A DNA stretch of 63,599 nt, the filler included, from Octopus bimaculoides (Eukaryota): assembly GCF_001194135.2 (NCBI RefSeq). It is 6 parts of 6 records of this genome, joined end to end, with 100 filler letters (N's around TTAATTAATTAA, not from the genome) between each part and the next. Parts side by side here need not be neighbours in the genome. Positions count along the whole stretch, not along the records: positions 1 to 30,151 come from NC_068982.1; 5 more parts are not named here. One strand, written 5' to 3'. Under the pieces are notes generated by a model, which ran no database searches, had not been told where the DNA came from, and was given only the letters and a program-made list of their open reading frames with translations. Each line of letters opens with the position of its first letter. The first letter of the stretch is position 1. Shown piece by piece: positions 12,076-25,145 of the stretch. Position numbers and translations under genes: made by a program.

Positions 12076-12450
12076 ATCGGAACAATAATCCGAGGGATAT
12101 ATTTTTCCCCAATCCTAACGAACATAAGTAGTGGTTAAGCAAGAGTCAGCTTCCAGAACCTGTCGCCGAACCCATGTTGATTCTCTACGTCTGGCGGAAT
12201 TATGAGGTGATAATTTACTACGAATTCGTTTTGGACAGTCGAACTATCGGTGCTGAAGTGAATGTATGCCATTGTACTGCAAAAGTACCCGGCATAGGTT
12301 AATAGAAAGCGAGCTCTTCTACAACAAGTCAATGCAAAATCCCATACGACTTGAATAAATTCCTGAATTTGAGGGAATTGAACTGATACCACGCACAGCA
12401 TATAGTCCGGACCTAACTTCTTCGAATTATTACTTGTTCAGTCCATTATA
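12076..12450 (+). mobile_element. mariner (DD34D) transposase catalytic-core remnant
   Basis: WLSKSQLPEPVAEP..ILYVWRNYEVIIYYE, QKYPA*VNRKRALLQQVNAKSH, ELIPRTAYSPDLTSSNYYLF (YSPDLAPSDYHLF motif). Confidence 0.9.
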
Positions 12451-12858
12451 ATTTATCAGCCTTCTTTTTAACTTTACATGTCTGTATGTATGAATAAGAA
12501 ATAATTGCTCTCACTGACTAGATAAAGAAAGGGTTGACAGAATATTTAGAGATTTGGACGAAGTACCCTCTTGTATAGATTTCAGCTGCTTACATTTTCA
12601 GCTAAAAATCACGCTGAAGTTAACTTTGCGTTTCATGTCTCATAACTTGCTAAATTAAAGTGCCACACAAGTATTGTGGACGATTTAATGGACAAATTCC
12701 TCCCACCATCCACAAATTTCTGACCTTTTGCCAATGTAAAATGTAAGTAGGTTATTGATTTGGCAGAATCATTAAAGCACCGGACAAAACGCATTTAGTT
12801 ACGTTCTGAGTTCAAGTCGCGCTCAGGTCAACTTTCATCCTAAAAAGATAGAAACGTA

Positions 12859-12903
<45 letters not shown>

Positions 12904-13285
12904 GATGAGTTAATATATTTCTCCCAACCAAAATATTCTCACCTTATTCTTCATTTCTTTTTACAATACTAATNNNNNNNNNNNNNNNNNNNNNNNNNNN
13001 NNNNNNNNNNNNNNNNNNNNNNNNNNNNNNNNNNNNNNNNNNNNNNNNNNNNNNNNNNNNNNNNNNNNNNNNNNNNNNNNNNNNNNNNNNNNNNNNNNNN
13101 NNNNNNNNNNNNNNNNNNNNAGCAACAACGCAAAACGAACTCACAACCATTGCTAATCACTGACCCTATTGAGTCTTTTTTTTAATAATCGTTACTAACT
13201 TTTCCTGCGATCCTGTTAATTGATCTTTGCTTTTCACTGTTTTTTTATATCTTACTTCCTTCTTTCCTCTCCACTTACTCTAAAG

Positions 13286-13318
<33 letters not shown>

Positions 13319-13788
13319 AGAGAGAGAGAGAGAGACAGAGAGAGAGAGAGACAGAGAGAGAGAGAGATAGAGAGAGACAGAGAGAGACAGAGAGACAGAG
13401 AGAGACAGAGAGAGACAAAGAGAGACAGAGAGAGAGAGAGAGAGAGACAGAGAGGTGGGTTAAATTAGAGGTTATAAGAAACTAATGATAGAGAAAAGCA
13501 TATTAGAGGCAGAACTAGCTAGCGAGCACATTGGAGAATAAGAATTCTTTCAATCCTTCGTAGGAACTTCATATCCACTTTAAATGTTTAAAAAGACAAT
13601 GTATGTCTATTAGTAAGGCTTTAAAATAAACTGGTTGAATGAATTTGTATATATATATATATATATTGTTATATTTTTACCATGCAAATACCTGTACCAC
13701 GGATGCCTATATATTGTGCTTGTATATAATATATTAGTATGTAATGTATATATCTTTGTTTAGTTGGGCTACTTAACGTATGAGTATC

Positions 13789-14212
13789 TTGAAAAGTTAG
13801 AAGCTGCAGTGGTCTCGAGAGAGATCCTTTTATAGAAATAGTGCATAAAAAGACAATATACTTCGAAGCAAGACGAAACGAAATAGTTTCGGAAGCAACC
13901 ACAAAAGTGGTTTTTGCACTCGAGTCATTTCTGAATAAATCAACAAGGCCAACTTGACCAGTTTGAAATATATAGATCAAAGAACAAACAACCCACTAAT
14001 GAGGTCGCTTGGCTGAATAAAATTCAAAATATACAAAGAAGTAGTTCTGTAACAAAATATTTATCAAATGGCAAAATGCACTTCTGTCATCCACATGGTC
14101 GCTTCCGGGATGATTCCGTTTCGTCTAGCTCTGAAATATATTGTGTATTTAACCACGACATCTATAAAAAAGATCTTTCCCGAAACCACTACTGAAGCCT
14201 CCGACTTGTCAA
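13789..14212. mobile_element. Old fold-back/MITE-like element with ~130-150-bp imperfect inverted arms
   Basis: Left arm ...gatccttttatagaaatagtgcataaaaagacaatatacttcgaagcaagacgaaacgaaatagtttcggaagcaacc aligns with the reverse complement of ~14065-14212 (gatcttttttatagatgtcgtggttaaatacacaatatatttcagagctagacgaaacggaatcatcccggaagcgacc). Confidence 0.7.
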
Positions 14213-14774
14213 CTCTAAACATACGTTAAATATGCCATATAGATACAGATATAATTTAGAGCTGCTGGTGCAGACTTTAAGTTTATATATATATGTGTGT
14301 GTGTGTGTATGTGTGAGTGTGTGCGCGTGTGTGTATAATATACATGCCAGTATATTGTGCATGTATATATATATGCAATTGAAATTGTAATTTATTAATA
14401 CCTACAAACCCACATAGATGCATAGAACAAAGCGTATTAGAAGTGACAATGTGACAGTGTCAAGGTAAAATTGCAGGTGACGTCACACAAATAAATAATC
14501 AAATGTTAACTGCTTGCAGTCAGATGTAGCACAGACACCGGTGTATAAACAGGTAGAAAAACACATTCATAGACGAAATGACCCAGACATATCACACGTG
14601 AGCATACAAGGACAAATTCATATACTCACACATGTACACATAAACACTCACACAGGTGTACTAATTTAAACACAGGTAACATACTCTCGCACACACGGAC
14701 AGATGTCTCTTCTCAATATATATATATATATATACATACACACGCGTATACTTCTATCTATCTATCTATTTATT

Positions 14775-14856
<82 letters not shown>

Positions 14857-15415
14857 NNNNNNNNNNNNNNNNNNNNNNNNNNNNNNNNNNNNNNNNNNNN
14901 NNNNNNNNNNNNNNNNNNNNNNNNNNNNNNNNNNNNNNNNNNNNNNNNNNNNNNNNNNNNNNNNNNNNNNNNNNNNNNNNNNNNNNNNNNNNNNNNNNNN
15001 NNNNNNNNNNNNNNNNNNNNNNNNNNNNNNNNNNNNNNNNNNNNNNNNNNNNNNNNNNNNNNNNNNNNNNNNNNNNNNNNNNNNNNNNNNNNNNNNNNNN
15101 NNNNNNNNNNNNNNNNNNNNNNNNNNNNNNNNNNNNNNNNNNNNNNNNNNNNNNNNNNNNNNNNNNNNNNNNNNNNNNNNNNNNNNNNNNNNNNNNNNNN
15201 NNNNNNNNNNNNNNNNNNNNNNNNNNNNNNNNNNNNNNNNNNNNNNNNNNNNNNNNNNNNNNNNNNNNNNNNNNNNNNNNNNNNNNNNNNNNNNNNNNNN
15301 NNNNNNNNNNNNNNNNNNNNNNNNNNNNNNNNNNNNNNNNNNNNNNNNNNNNNNNNNNNNNNNNNNNNNNNNNNNNNNNNNNNNNNNNNNNNNNNNNNNN
15401 NNNNNNNNNNNNNNN

Positions 15416-15835
15416 TATATGTAGGGAACCTTTCACAGCATCTAATAAAGAGGCCTAGGAGTATTTGTTGATAACCATCTCAGTTGGAGAGCCCACATCA
15501 ACAATAAGGTCGATATAGCTTGTAGAATGAGCTGCTGGATCCTAACAACATTCCAATTTTCTCCTCGTTTGTACGGCCACACCTCGAACACTGATGCCCC
15601 TGTGGTCTCCCCATACAAAACAAAACAAAACATCTTGAAAATTGAATCACTCCAGTGGTCATTCACTAAAAGAAATTAAGGACATAACTGATCTCGATTA
15701 ATGGGACAGCCTTAAAGCATTGGAACATTATTCTCTCCAGCGCCGCCGTGAGCGATACATCATTTGCACATTGTGGAGAATATACCACCGGCATTGCCCA
15801 AACTATCTCAACATTAGCTTCAAAATTCACCCAGG
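15416..15835 (+). mobile_element. CR1/L2-group LINE, RT C-terminal fragment
   Basis: LGVFVDNHLSWRAHINNKV, SFVRPHLE, LKIESLQ.SFTK, WDSLKALEHYSLQRRRERYII are typical CR1-group ORF2 C-terminal motifs. Confidence 0.85.
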
Positions 15836-16545
15836 ACACTTCGGGTGTTTGGATAAAGTGCGGATGTCAGGTTGACCCAGGTTGCCTCCATTTTGGTCTT
15901 TGACATGTTGGTAGAGTATGGAGGCCTGTTTCTTTTCGGCATATCGTCTCAAAGGTTTATTTAATCTTTCCGCAGTCTTCCTAGATGTCTCAACTATGTA
16001 TATCATGTTCTTTTCTTTACAATCACCTTTTATGCACCTTATACTGTAGACTACATGTCTAGTTCTACAGTTAATAGCAGAGTTAATCCTACATACCATG
16101 CAGTTATCATTGGTGCTTTTGGTTTTCTCAAAAGCGCACGTCCTACATAGTTGTGCTCTGGTGGAGCTCCCTGGCTTTTAAAAGATCTTAATGTTGAGTT
16201 TGGCCTTCTTCAGAGCTCTCTCAAATTTACGGGCTAGATCTCCATGAGCTGTGACCTCCACAAACCTCACTCCTTGATATTTATCGGTCTTGTACCACAT
16301 GTTCATCCTGTTTGCTTTGTCACAAACTCTTTGTATTCTCTTCCAGTCTTTACTACTATATCTAGGACTGGCACCACTGGTTTCATTACATATAATGCTA
16401 TCTAACTTCTTTCTAGCACCCCTGCATACCCGAATCTTATCTTTCTGATCATATCCGGAGAATTGCATGCGGTGCCTGAAGTTCTGTACATGTCTCTTTG
16501 TTTCATAGGGTTTGCATGGTGGAGGACGGACCCCATAGCATACGG
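15836..16545 (-). mobile_element. Penelope-like element remnant (RT linker plus C-terminal GIY-YIG endonuclease)
   Basis: RMQFSGYDQK...SPRYSSKDWKR...WYKTDKYQGVRFVEVT linker and CRTRHVVYSIRC..C...IYIVETSR....RLNKPLR (GIY-YIG-like, GETxR motif decayed). Confidence 0.85.
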
Positions 16546-18209
16546 AAGAAGTTTAGGGACAGTTGAAATCAGGAGGTGCATCTTCCAAGGACACTGCATT
16601 TCCCCACTGATCTTTGTACTGTACATGATACCACTAACACTGATTTTGAGGGAAGCAAAGGCTGGGTATATATTCAAAAGCCGCCAGCAAAAAGTCAACT
16701 ATTTGTTATTCATCGATGACCTCAAACTTTATGGTAAAGATGAAGCCCAAGTCAGTTCCCTCGTTGATAGGGTGTATACTTTCAAAACGAAACAAATGGA
16801 GTTCGGACTGAGAAAGTGTGGTGTGTTAGTCTTGAAGAGAGGCAAAATCAAATGTATGGACGGGCTAACGATGTCGTCAGGGGAGGTTATAAAGCAGATA
16901 GAAAAGACTGGCTATAAGTACTTAGAGATTTTGGAAATGGATAAATTAATGGAGAAAGAAATAACAGGAAAATTTAAGGTGGAGTACTTGCGCAGACTGA
17001 GACGGAATAAGATTGAAGCTATCAACACCTGGGCGGTTTCACTCATTAGATATGGAGCAGGGGTAATCGCATGGACAGTGGACGAACTAAACAGCTTAGG
17101 CAGAAAGACAAGGAAGTTGCTACCTAGATATTGGTCACTCCACCCAAAAAGTGACACAGGCAGACTGTATGTGCCAAGAAAAAGAAGGAGAACAGGACTT
17201 ATTGGATGCGAACAGAGCATTAGAGCAGAAGAGAACACCATAGCATGGTATGTAAAAAATGCCACTGAACTACTATTATTAGAGGTAAGAAGGTCAGGCC
17301 TGTGTCGGATGAAAGGCTGCAAAGATAAAGCACTATACAAACAATTGAAAACGAATGAAACTGAAAATAGGTGTGTAAAGAAAAGAATGCATGGACAATT
17401 TCATAGACAGAGAGAGAAAAGAGCTGGCTGTAGATGACTAAAAGTGATTTAAAACCGGAAACGGAGGCTTTAATCTGTGCTGTCCAAGTGCAAGCGCTAA
17501 GAACAAATTTCATAAAATACAGAATAGACAATACATCAGAAAGTGATAAGTGCAGAATTTGGACAAAATGGTGAAACCGTGGATAAACCGTGGATAAACC
17601 GTGGACAAAATGGTGAAGCTGTATGGCATATTACCAGCCAATGTACGCCTCTAGCCCAGAAGGAATACAAGAGACGCCACGACAATATAGCAAGGCTTGT
17701 CCATTGGACACCTTGAAACAATTGTGGACTTGACAGAGCAAAGATTTGATGCGACAACAAACGCGAAGGCATCATCGAAAATGATAATGCAAAGATCCTG
17801 TGGGATTTTATGATTCAGTGCAACCATGAGATAGAGAATAGGAAGCCAGACATAGTCTTCTGGATCATAGATATAGCATGCCCAGCTGACAAGGTATGCG
17901 AAAAGGAAGAAAGAAAAGTCGATAGATATGACAGGTTAGCTTGGGAGGTTAAGCATTTTTGGTCTATGAAAAAGGTGGTAGTAGTACCAGTAATTGTCGG
18001 ATCCCTGGGAACTGTGAGTAAAAATCTGGAGAAAAATCTGGAATAAATAGGGGCTGCAATGAGTGTGGAGCACTTGCAGAAAACAGCACTGCTTGGAACC
18101 GCTCGAATACTCCCGAAGGTGCTCGAAAAATAAGAGGTGTTACTTTCGTTTATTGTTAGTGAACAGCTGACACCGTAGTACATCTCCAACGTTAGAAGGT
18201 GTGCAAAGG
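16546..18209 (+). mobile_element. 5'-truncated R4/Dong-clade non-LTR retrotransposon (RT, zinc knuckle, restriction-like endonuclease)
   Basis: RRCIFQGHCISPLIF, LLFIDDLKLY (RT core), MHGQF, LKPETEALICA, ITSQC..LAQKEYKRRHDN, RKPDIV..IIDIACP (RLE), LQKTALLGTARILPKVL; the 3' end runs straight into (TAA)n. Confidence 0.92.
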
Positions 18210-18226
18210 TAATAATAATAATAGTA

Positions 18227-18286
<60 letters not shown>

Positions 18287-18307
18287 GTAGTAGTAGTAGT
18301 AGGAGTA

Positions 18308-18365
<58 letters not shown>

Positions 18366-18382
18366 CAACGACAACAATAATA
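18210..18382. repeat. (TAA)n/(TAG)n microsatellite at the Dong 3' end
   Basis: Directly visible. Confidence 0.97.
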
Positions 18383-18909
18383 AAGACATTAATAAATGCC
18401 CTGAAGCAGTACCAGGTCCTGGCTCTCATGGCTTCTGATCTTAACTGATTAGAAGTGTTATTACGTACATGTTTTGTCTTGGTATAAAAGATGGGCTACA
18501 GCAAATATTCTGCTCAATACCACAAATCTGTTTTTCCAGTTGTTTGACCATAACCAGTTAAACATGTCCCTCAGTGGCTGATGATATGTGTATCTCTGAT
18601 CAGAAGCAGATGTGGTGGAGAAACATCATAACCATGTGTTGAGAGGAATTCTAGAAACATGGGCGTTTCGTTGTTTATCCTTAAACAAACCTTATTCAGG
18701 GGCCTTTTGAGCAGGATGGGCTATTCGACCTGAATAAAATTCTAACTGGGCCCCCACCTGCAAGGTTAAGCGCTGTTTATCTTGATATGAGATCACCATG
18801 TTTGCCATATATGGTTGTGGTGCATCAGACGGGTATTCATGATGAGTGTACTGGACTTTGTATAATTTTATCCCAGTGTCACCTTGATAACATGCGCTGC
18901 TCTTCCACT
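18383..18909. mobile_element. Unclassified ~530-bp non-coding element flanked on both sides by (TAA)n
   Basis: Complex sequence with no coding capacity sits between two (TAA)n arrays and ends ...gctcttccactc-aataataat. Confidence 0.55.
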
Positions 18910-18910
18910 C

Positions 18911-18987
<77 letters not shown>

Positions 18988-18991
<4 letters not shown>

Positions 18992-20050
18992 GCGACAAAA
19001 TACTAAACAGAAACAAACTACTCTGATACACTGATCTCAGATGACAACATAGCAGAAATAGTTAAAGGCAAGGCTTAACAAAGAAGAAGTCAGCCCAAGT
19101 AAAAACCAACAATAGCTCAAAAGCTCTAGATTAAAAGCAGAAATGGAAGAACTGATTCTCGCTGCACGAGAGCAATGCCTGACCTCAAACAACTATAATG
19201 GTAACCAGAGTGTGCAACCAGCTCTATGAGATACTTAACGACACCATCTCTGGCTAACCAGTCCTGGTTAAACCTGAATACATACAAAGATATGATTAAG
19301 TAGTTACAATATCGACTGGAAAATATACCAGCCAGGGCCGGTTTAAGACCCATCGAGGCCCTACGCACTTAAAAGATTTTGGAGCTCCCATAAAAGATTA
19401 TCTGGTCCAAAATATAAACAATAATAAACTATAAAATAATCTTTTTATTTTTCAAAACGAAACAAAACAGAAAGAGGGAAAATAATGTTTATTTCTGTAT
19501 ACTTCCACTTTATTTATATTTGAAAAGTTTCCTCCTACTCTTTTGAATTGCAAAGTCTTTGATCAGATATTCAAAATTAATCTTAGGTAACCAATCTGCA
19601 TCTATACTTTGTAGAGATAAAGGCATCCCGAATATTATTCTAACAAGTTTAAAGCGATTTCTTTTGTGTTGTAAACCATTTACCGTTTCTCTGGTGCCAC
19701 GTCCTTCCCTTGATGCTCTAAGCACGTGTTTATTTGCTTAATGTCTAATCCAGCGCGGATGCCAACACTACAACATGAAAACTAACAAGAAATGGTATAA
19801 ACGTAGGTCAAACAAAGTATATGAGAACGACTAGGACATAATCATCTCGGATAAACCTGTTCAAACTGACGATGAATTAAACGAAAATTGCCCAAACACA
19901 ATAATCAAAGATTAAGAAAAAAAACAAAAAAAAAAACACCTGCTTACTGATAGACATTGCAGTCCCTTCTGACTAAAATATTGTCCAAGTACTAAGACAT
20001 CGAAATTGAAGTATTGAAGACGTGGGGCATGGAACTGAAAGCAATACACT
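18988..20050 (+). mobile_element. Second, divergent R4/Dong-clade fragment, interrupted by a hAT element
   Basis: SSRLKAEMEELILAAREQCLTSNNY, ISG*PVLVKPEYIQRYD, then after the insertion HYNMKTNKKWY...CLLIDIAVPSD; begins immediately after (TAA)n 18910-18987. Confidence 0.8.
19333..19758 (-). mobile_element. Internally deleted hAT DNA transposon with 8-bp TSD
   Basis: Terminus CAGGGCCGGTTTAA at 19333 with a degenerate counterpart ending 19758; TSD ATACCAGC/ATGCCAAC (6/8); minus-strand SIDADWLPKINFEYLIKDFAIQKSRRK matches the hAT C-terminal dimerisation region. Confidence 0.8.
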
Positions 20051-20170
20051 TCTTCCTCCTCCTTCTCCTCCTCCTGCTGCGCCTCCTCCTTCTCCTCCTC
20101 CTCCTCATCATCATAATTATCATCATCATCATCCTCCTCCTCCTCATCATCATCATCAGCAGCAGCATCG
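20050..20170. repeat. (CCT)n/(CAT)n/(CAG)n compound microsatellite
   Basis: Directly visible. Confidence 0.95.
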
Positions 20171-21080
20171 TTACTGTTGTTGTAAAGGTAGTGACTTCGC
20201 AAAATCTTTAGTGCACCGGACAAAATGCATAGCAGCATTTCTTACGGCTTCTTGTGTTTTTAGTTGAAATCTTGTAGAAATATTTGTTTTTCAGAAATTT
20301 AGGGTCTATAAATAAAATACTTTTCTAATGCGATGGACTGGCAGAATTGTCGGAGCATCGGACAAAATATCTCGTTTTATTTGCTGTGTTTAGCTTTTTA
20401 TTTTTTAAACATCATACTCAACTCAAACATTACCGTGGCCTACATACGCCAGTAAATTAATTTGTCGAGGGTTAACATCATTATCCGATCACTTGCTGAT
20501 TTTAGAAAATGTATATAGCAGGCAATAGCATGCATTTTGACCACTCTCTATGATACCCAAAATGTTTGTCTCTTCCCCTAAGTGCAACGTATCTTGGAGT
20601 GCAGTAAAGGTGACTGCCCTCTGAGGTTTGCACACCCGCACACTTCGGGCTACACCACTTGCATTAAGAACTGGTCTTCTGTCCTTCTCATTCACCACTC
20701 TTACAACCACTTGTAAACGAATCATGAGTGCTTCCTTTCTCTTCCAAATTAGTGATAAAATACACACGGGCACAATCATACGCGTGGTTTTTCTATGACG
20801 CCGTCGAGCCGAATATTACTAGGGGATATCCGGGTTCTTTTGGCTTATAATGTAACACATTTTTCTTCGCCGTTGTTCAGCAGCCATTACACAAAACATG
20901 GGCTAGCTGTAACAACTTCAAACTATGGAGTAACTATTTGGTTCTGATTTTGATATTTGCTCTCAGCTTTCGTTTTCCTTTCACATATCTTTTAAATCTT
21001 TTAAGGAAACAGTTTATGTGTTACGGGTGATATGTGTATATACACAAACACACACATGTGTACATATCTATATATCCATC

Positions 21081-21139
<59 letters not shown>

Positions 21140-21270
21140 GTCTGTCTGTCTGTCTGTCTGTGTGTCTGTCTGTCTGACTGTCTCTCTGTCTGTCTGTCTC
21201 TGTGTCTGTCTATCTATCTACATACACACACACATATACTCACAAATATAGCGGTCGTTATAATGTATGT

Positions 21271-21332
<62 letters not shown>

Positions 21333-21397
21333 ATATATATTCCACATATACGCAAACAATACACACATAGTCCCTCTCCCCTCTTTCTCTCTCCCAC

Positions 21398-21463
<66 letters not shown>

Positions 21464-21886
21464 ATATACACTTGTATGTATAAATACACACACAGAGACA
21501 CACACATAGACATACATACAGTGTATCCATGTGTTTAAGCATGTGTGTGTGTGTGTGCGCGCGCACATACACACACACACACACACACATATGCACGTCT
21601 GCGTGAGTATATGTGGGCGTGGTTGTAAGTAGGGAATCAGAGTCGATGCCTTTCGTTTAGTCAGCTGCGCCTTAGTTCTGAGTTCAATTCAATCCCAGGT
21701 CACCCTAACCTAATGCAGACTCTCAGGGCTTTGGTGGCGGGGGCGTGGGGTTGGGGGTATGGTACACGTAATTTACTGACGAATAAAGTTTTATATGGAG
21801 AAGTTTTTTTTTTGTGTGTGATTAGGCTGGGTGTGGGTGTATGTACTTGTATGTGTGTTACATGTGCACCCGTGTGCTTGCGTTCA

Positions 21887-21919
<33 letters not shown>

Positions 21920-22438
21920 CGGGGTTAGGAGTCTAACAGTGTTTGTATGTCACTACTCGTACTTGATTCTGAGTCTGTCTGGAAGTGATTCCGCGTTTTA
22001 TAGATATATGTGTATTACATATATATATATGTGTATATATATATATATATATATGTGTATATATANNNNNNNNNNNNNNNNNNNNNNNNNNNNNNNNNNN
22101 NNNNNNNNNNNNNNNNNNNNNNNNNNNNNNNNNNNNNNNNNNNNNNNNNNNNNNNNNNNNNNNNNNNNNNNNNNNNNNNNNNNNNNNNNNNNNNNNNNNN
22201 NNNNNNNNNNNNNNNNNNNNNNNNNNNNNNNNNNNNNNNNNNNNNNNNNNNNNNNNNNNNNNNNNNNNNNNNNNNNNNNNNNNNNNNNNNNNNNNNNNNN
22301 NNNNNNNNNNNNNNNNNNNNNNNNNNNNNNNNNNNNNNNNNNNNNNNNNNNNNNNNNNNNNNNNNNNNNNNNNNNNNNNNNNNNNNNNNNNNNNNNNNNN
22401 NNNNNNNNNNNNNNNNNNNNNNNNNNNNNNNNNNNNNN

Positions 22439-22486
<48 letters not shown>

Positions 22487-22731
22487 TGTGTGTGTGTGTG
22501 TGTGAGTGCATGTGCATTGGTGTGTATATATGCGTGCACGCTTGTTAGTGAGTGTTTGAGTGTTAATAGTGAAAATGCTTCTGTGTCAGTGAGTGCTCTT
22601 TTGTGTCAGAGTGTATGCAAATGTAAGCGATTAATTGAGCGTTTGTGTTTGAATAAGTATTATTGTGCTTGTATGTTGTTTGTGTGTGTATAACACATAT
22701 ACACAAAACATATACACATCGACACACAGAA

Positions 22732-22790
<59 letters not shown>

Positions 22791-22884
22791 TATGTGTAAT
22801 ATAAAAATTAATGTTGTTTTCATGTTAAGTTCGAAGTTTTTGCCTGCTAGCCTTCGACGGCTTGCTGGAGTATATCTATCTATC

Positions 22885-22915
<31 letters not shown>

Positions 22916-23905
22916 CTATCTACCTATCTGTCTATCTCTCTCTGTATATAAATATATATATATATTTATATATATATATANNNNNNNNNNNNNNNNNNNN
23001 NNNNNNNNNNNNNNNNNNNNNNNNNNNNNNNNNNNNNNNNNNNNNNNNNNNNNNNNNNNNNNNNNNNNNNNNNNNNNNNNNNNNNNNNNNNNNNNNNNNN
23101 NNNNNNNNNNNNNNNNNNNNNNNNNNNNNNNNNNNNNNNNNNNNNNNNNNNNNNNNNNNNNNNNNNNNNNNNNNNNNNNNNNNNNNNNNNNNNNNNNNNN
23201 NNNNNNNNNNNNNNNNNNNNNNNNNNNNNNNNNNNNNNNNNNNNNNNNNNNNNNNNNNNNNNNNNNNNNNNNNNNNNNNNNNNNNNNNNNNNNNNNNNNN
23301 NNNNNNNNNNNNNNNNNNNNNNNNNNNNNNNNNNNNNNNNNNNNNNNNNNNNNNNNNNNNNNNNNNNNNNNNNNNNNNNNNNNNNNNNNNNNNNNNNNNN
23401 NNNNNNNNNNNNNNNNNNNNNNNNNNNNNNNNNNNNNNNNNNNNNNNNNNNNNNNNNNNNNNNNNNNNNNNNNNNNNNNNNNNNNNNNNNNNNNNNNNNN
23501 NNNNNNNNNNNNNNNNNNNNNNNNNNNNNNNNNNNNNNNNNNNNNNNNNNNNNNNNNNNNNNNNNNNNNNNNNNNNNNNNNNNNNNNNNNNNNNNNNNNN
23601 NNNNNNNNNNNNNNNNNNNNNNNNNNNNNNNNNNNNNNNNNNNNNNNNNNNNNNNNNNNNNNNNNNNNNNNNNNNNNNNNNNNNNNNNNNNNNNNNNNNN
23701 NNNNNNNNNNNNNNNNNNNNNNNNNNNNNNNNNNNNNNNNNNNNNNNNNNNNNNNNNNNNNNNNNNNNNNNNNNNNNNNNNNNNNNNNNNNNNNNNNNNN
23801 NNNNNNNNNNNNNNNNNNNNNNNNNNNNNNNNNNNNNNNNNNNNNNNNNNNNNNNNNNNNNNNNNNNNNNNNNNNNNNNNNNNNNNNNNNNNNNNNNNNN
23901 NNNNN

Positions 23906-24093
23906 TAAAGTAAAACAGGAAGTTCAGTTAATTATGATTTTATTCAACATATTCCACTCTCAGAATCACATACCCTTTGCGGTCCTTCAGCTTATTTGAG
24001 CACTGTAAAGGAACTCGGAAGGTTGGGCCTCCGACCATGCCCTACACGATCACAATACCCTTAAAGCCACGAACTTTTCACCACCCTCTCGTA
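23906..24093. mobile_element. Tc1/mariner-type MITE, right part (left part lost in gap)
   Basis: Ends gaacttttcaccaccctctcgTA, i.e. a TACGAG(A/G)GG...AAAAGTT-type TIR, abutting a TA-containing microsatellite. Confidence 0.5.
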
Positions 24094-24491
24094 TGTATGT
24101 ATGTATGTATGTATGTATGTATATATATATATATACACACACACACATCCACACATATAGGTGTGTGCGTGTGTATGTGTGTAGATATATGTGTATTATA
24201 CGCACTTACGCACACACACACACATATATGCATGCAAATATGTATACGTAATCTGTGGCTATAATAATTTGTTTTAATGTGCATACACGTTAACTGAATG
24301 AAGTCCCAATGCAGGTGTAGAGTCTAATAGGAGACTTTTTTAAATATTGATCTCAAAGTCTCGCGTTGCGACTGGTGTGTGACTTATTAAAATAGTTTAC
24401 ATCAGCTGTACACATAAAGCGAAATTTAAAAGTCGCTGTCAATAATACTTTACACACACATACATACACACACATACATACACACATATAT

Positions 24492-24558
<67 letters not shown>

Positions 24559-24723
24559 TACATGTATGCACACATGTATGTATGTGCATAATTGTACATA
24601 CATCATATATATATATACATATGTACACACGTAGATGCTCATATGCATATAGCTATATATGTACATATATGTACATATATATATATATATATATATATAC
24701 AGGGGGGACACAAATATACATTT

Positions 24724-24756
<33 letters not shown>

Positions 24757-24820
24757 ACATATACACATATATCAAACATGCATACATATATACACACATA
24801 TATACATTTACACACGCACA

Positions 24821-24882
<62 letters not shown>

Positions 24883-24995
24883 CACCTATGTATGCATACA
24901 CATATTATTTGTGTGTGTTTGTGTATATGCATCATTGATACAGGCCTACATATACGTGTGAGTATTTGCGTGTGTGTATGTGTGTTTATGTGTGG

Positions 24996-25096
<101 letters not shown>

Positions 25097-25145
25097 CTCG
25101 CGCGCGCGTGTGTTTGTGAGTGCTTGTAGGATACACACATAAACG

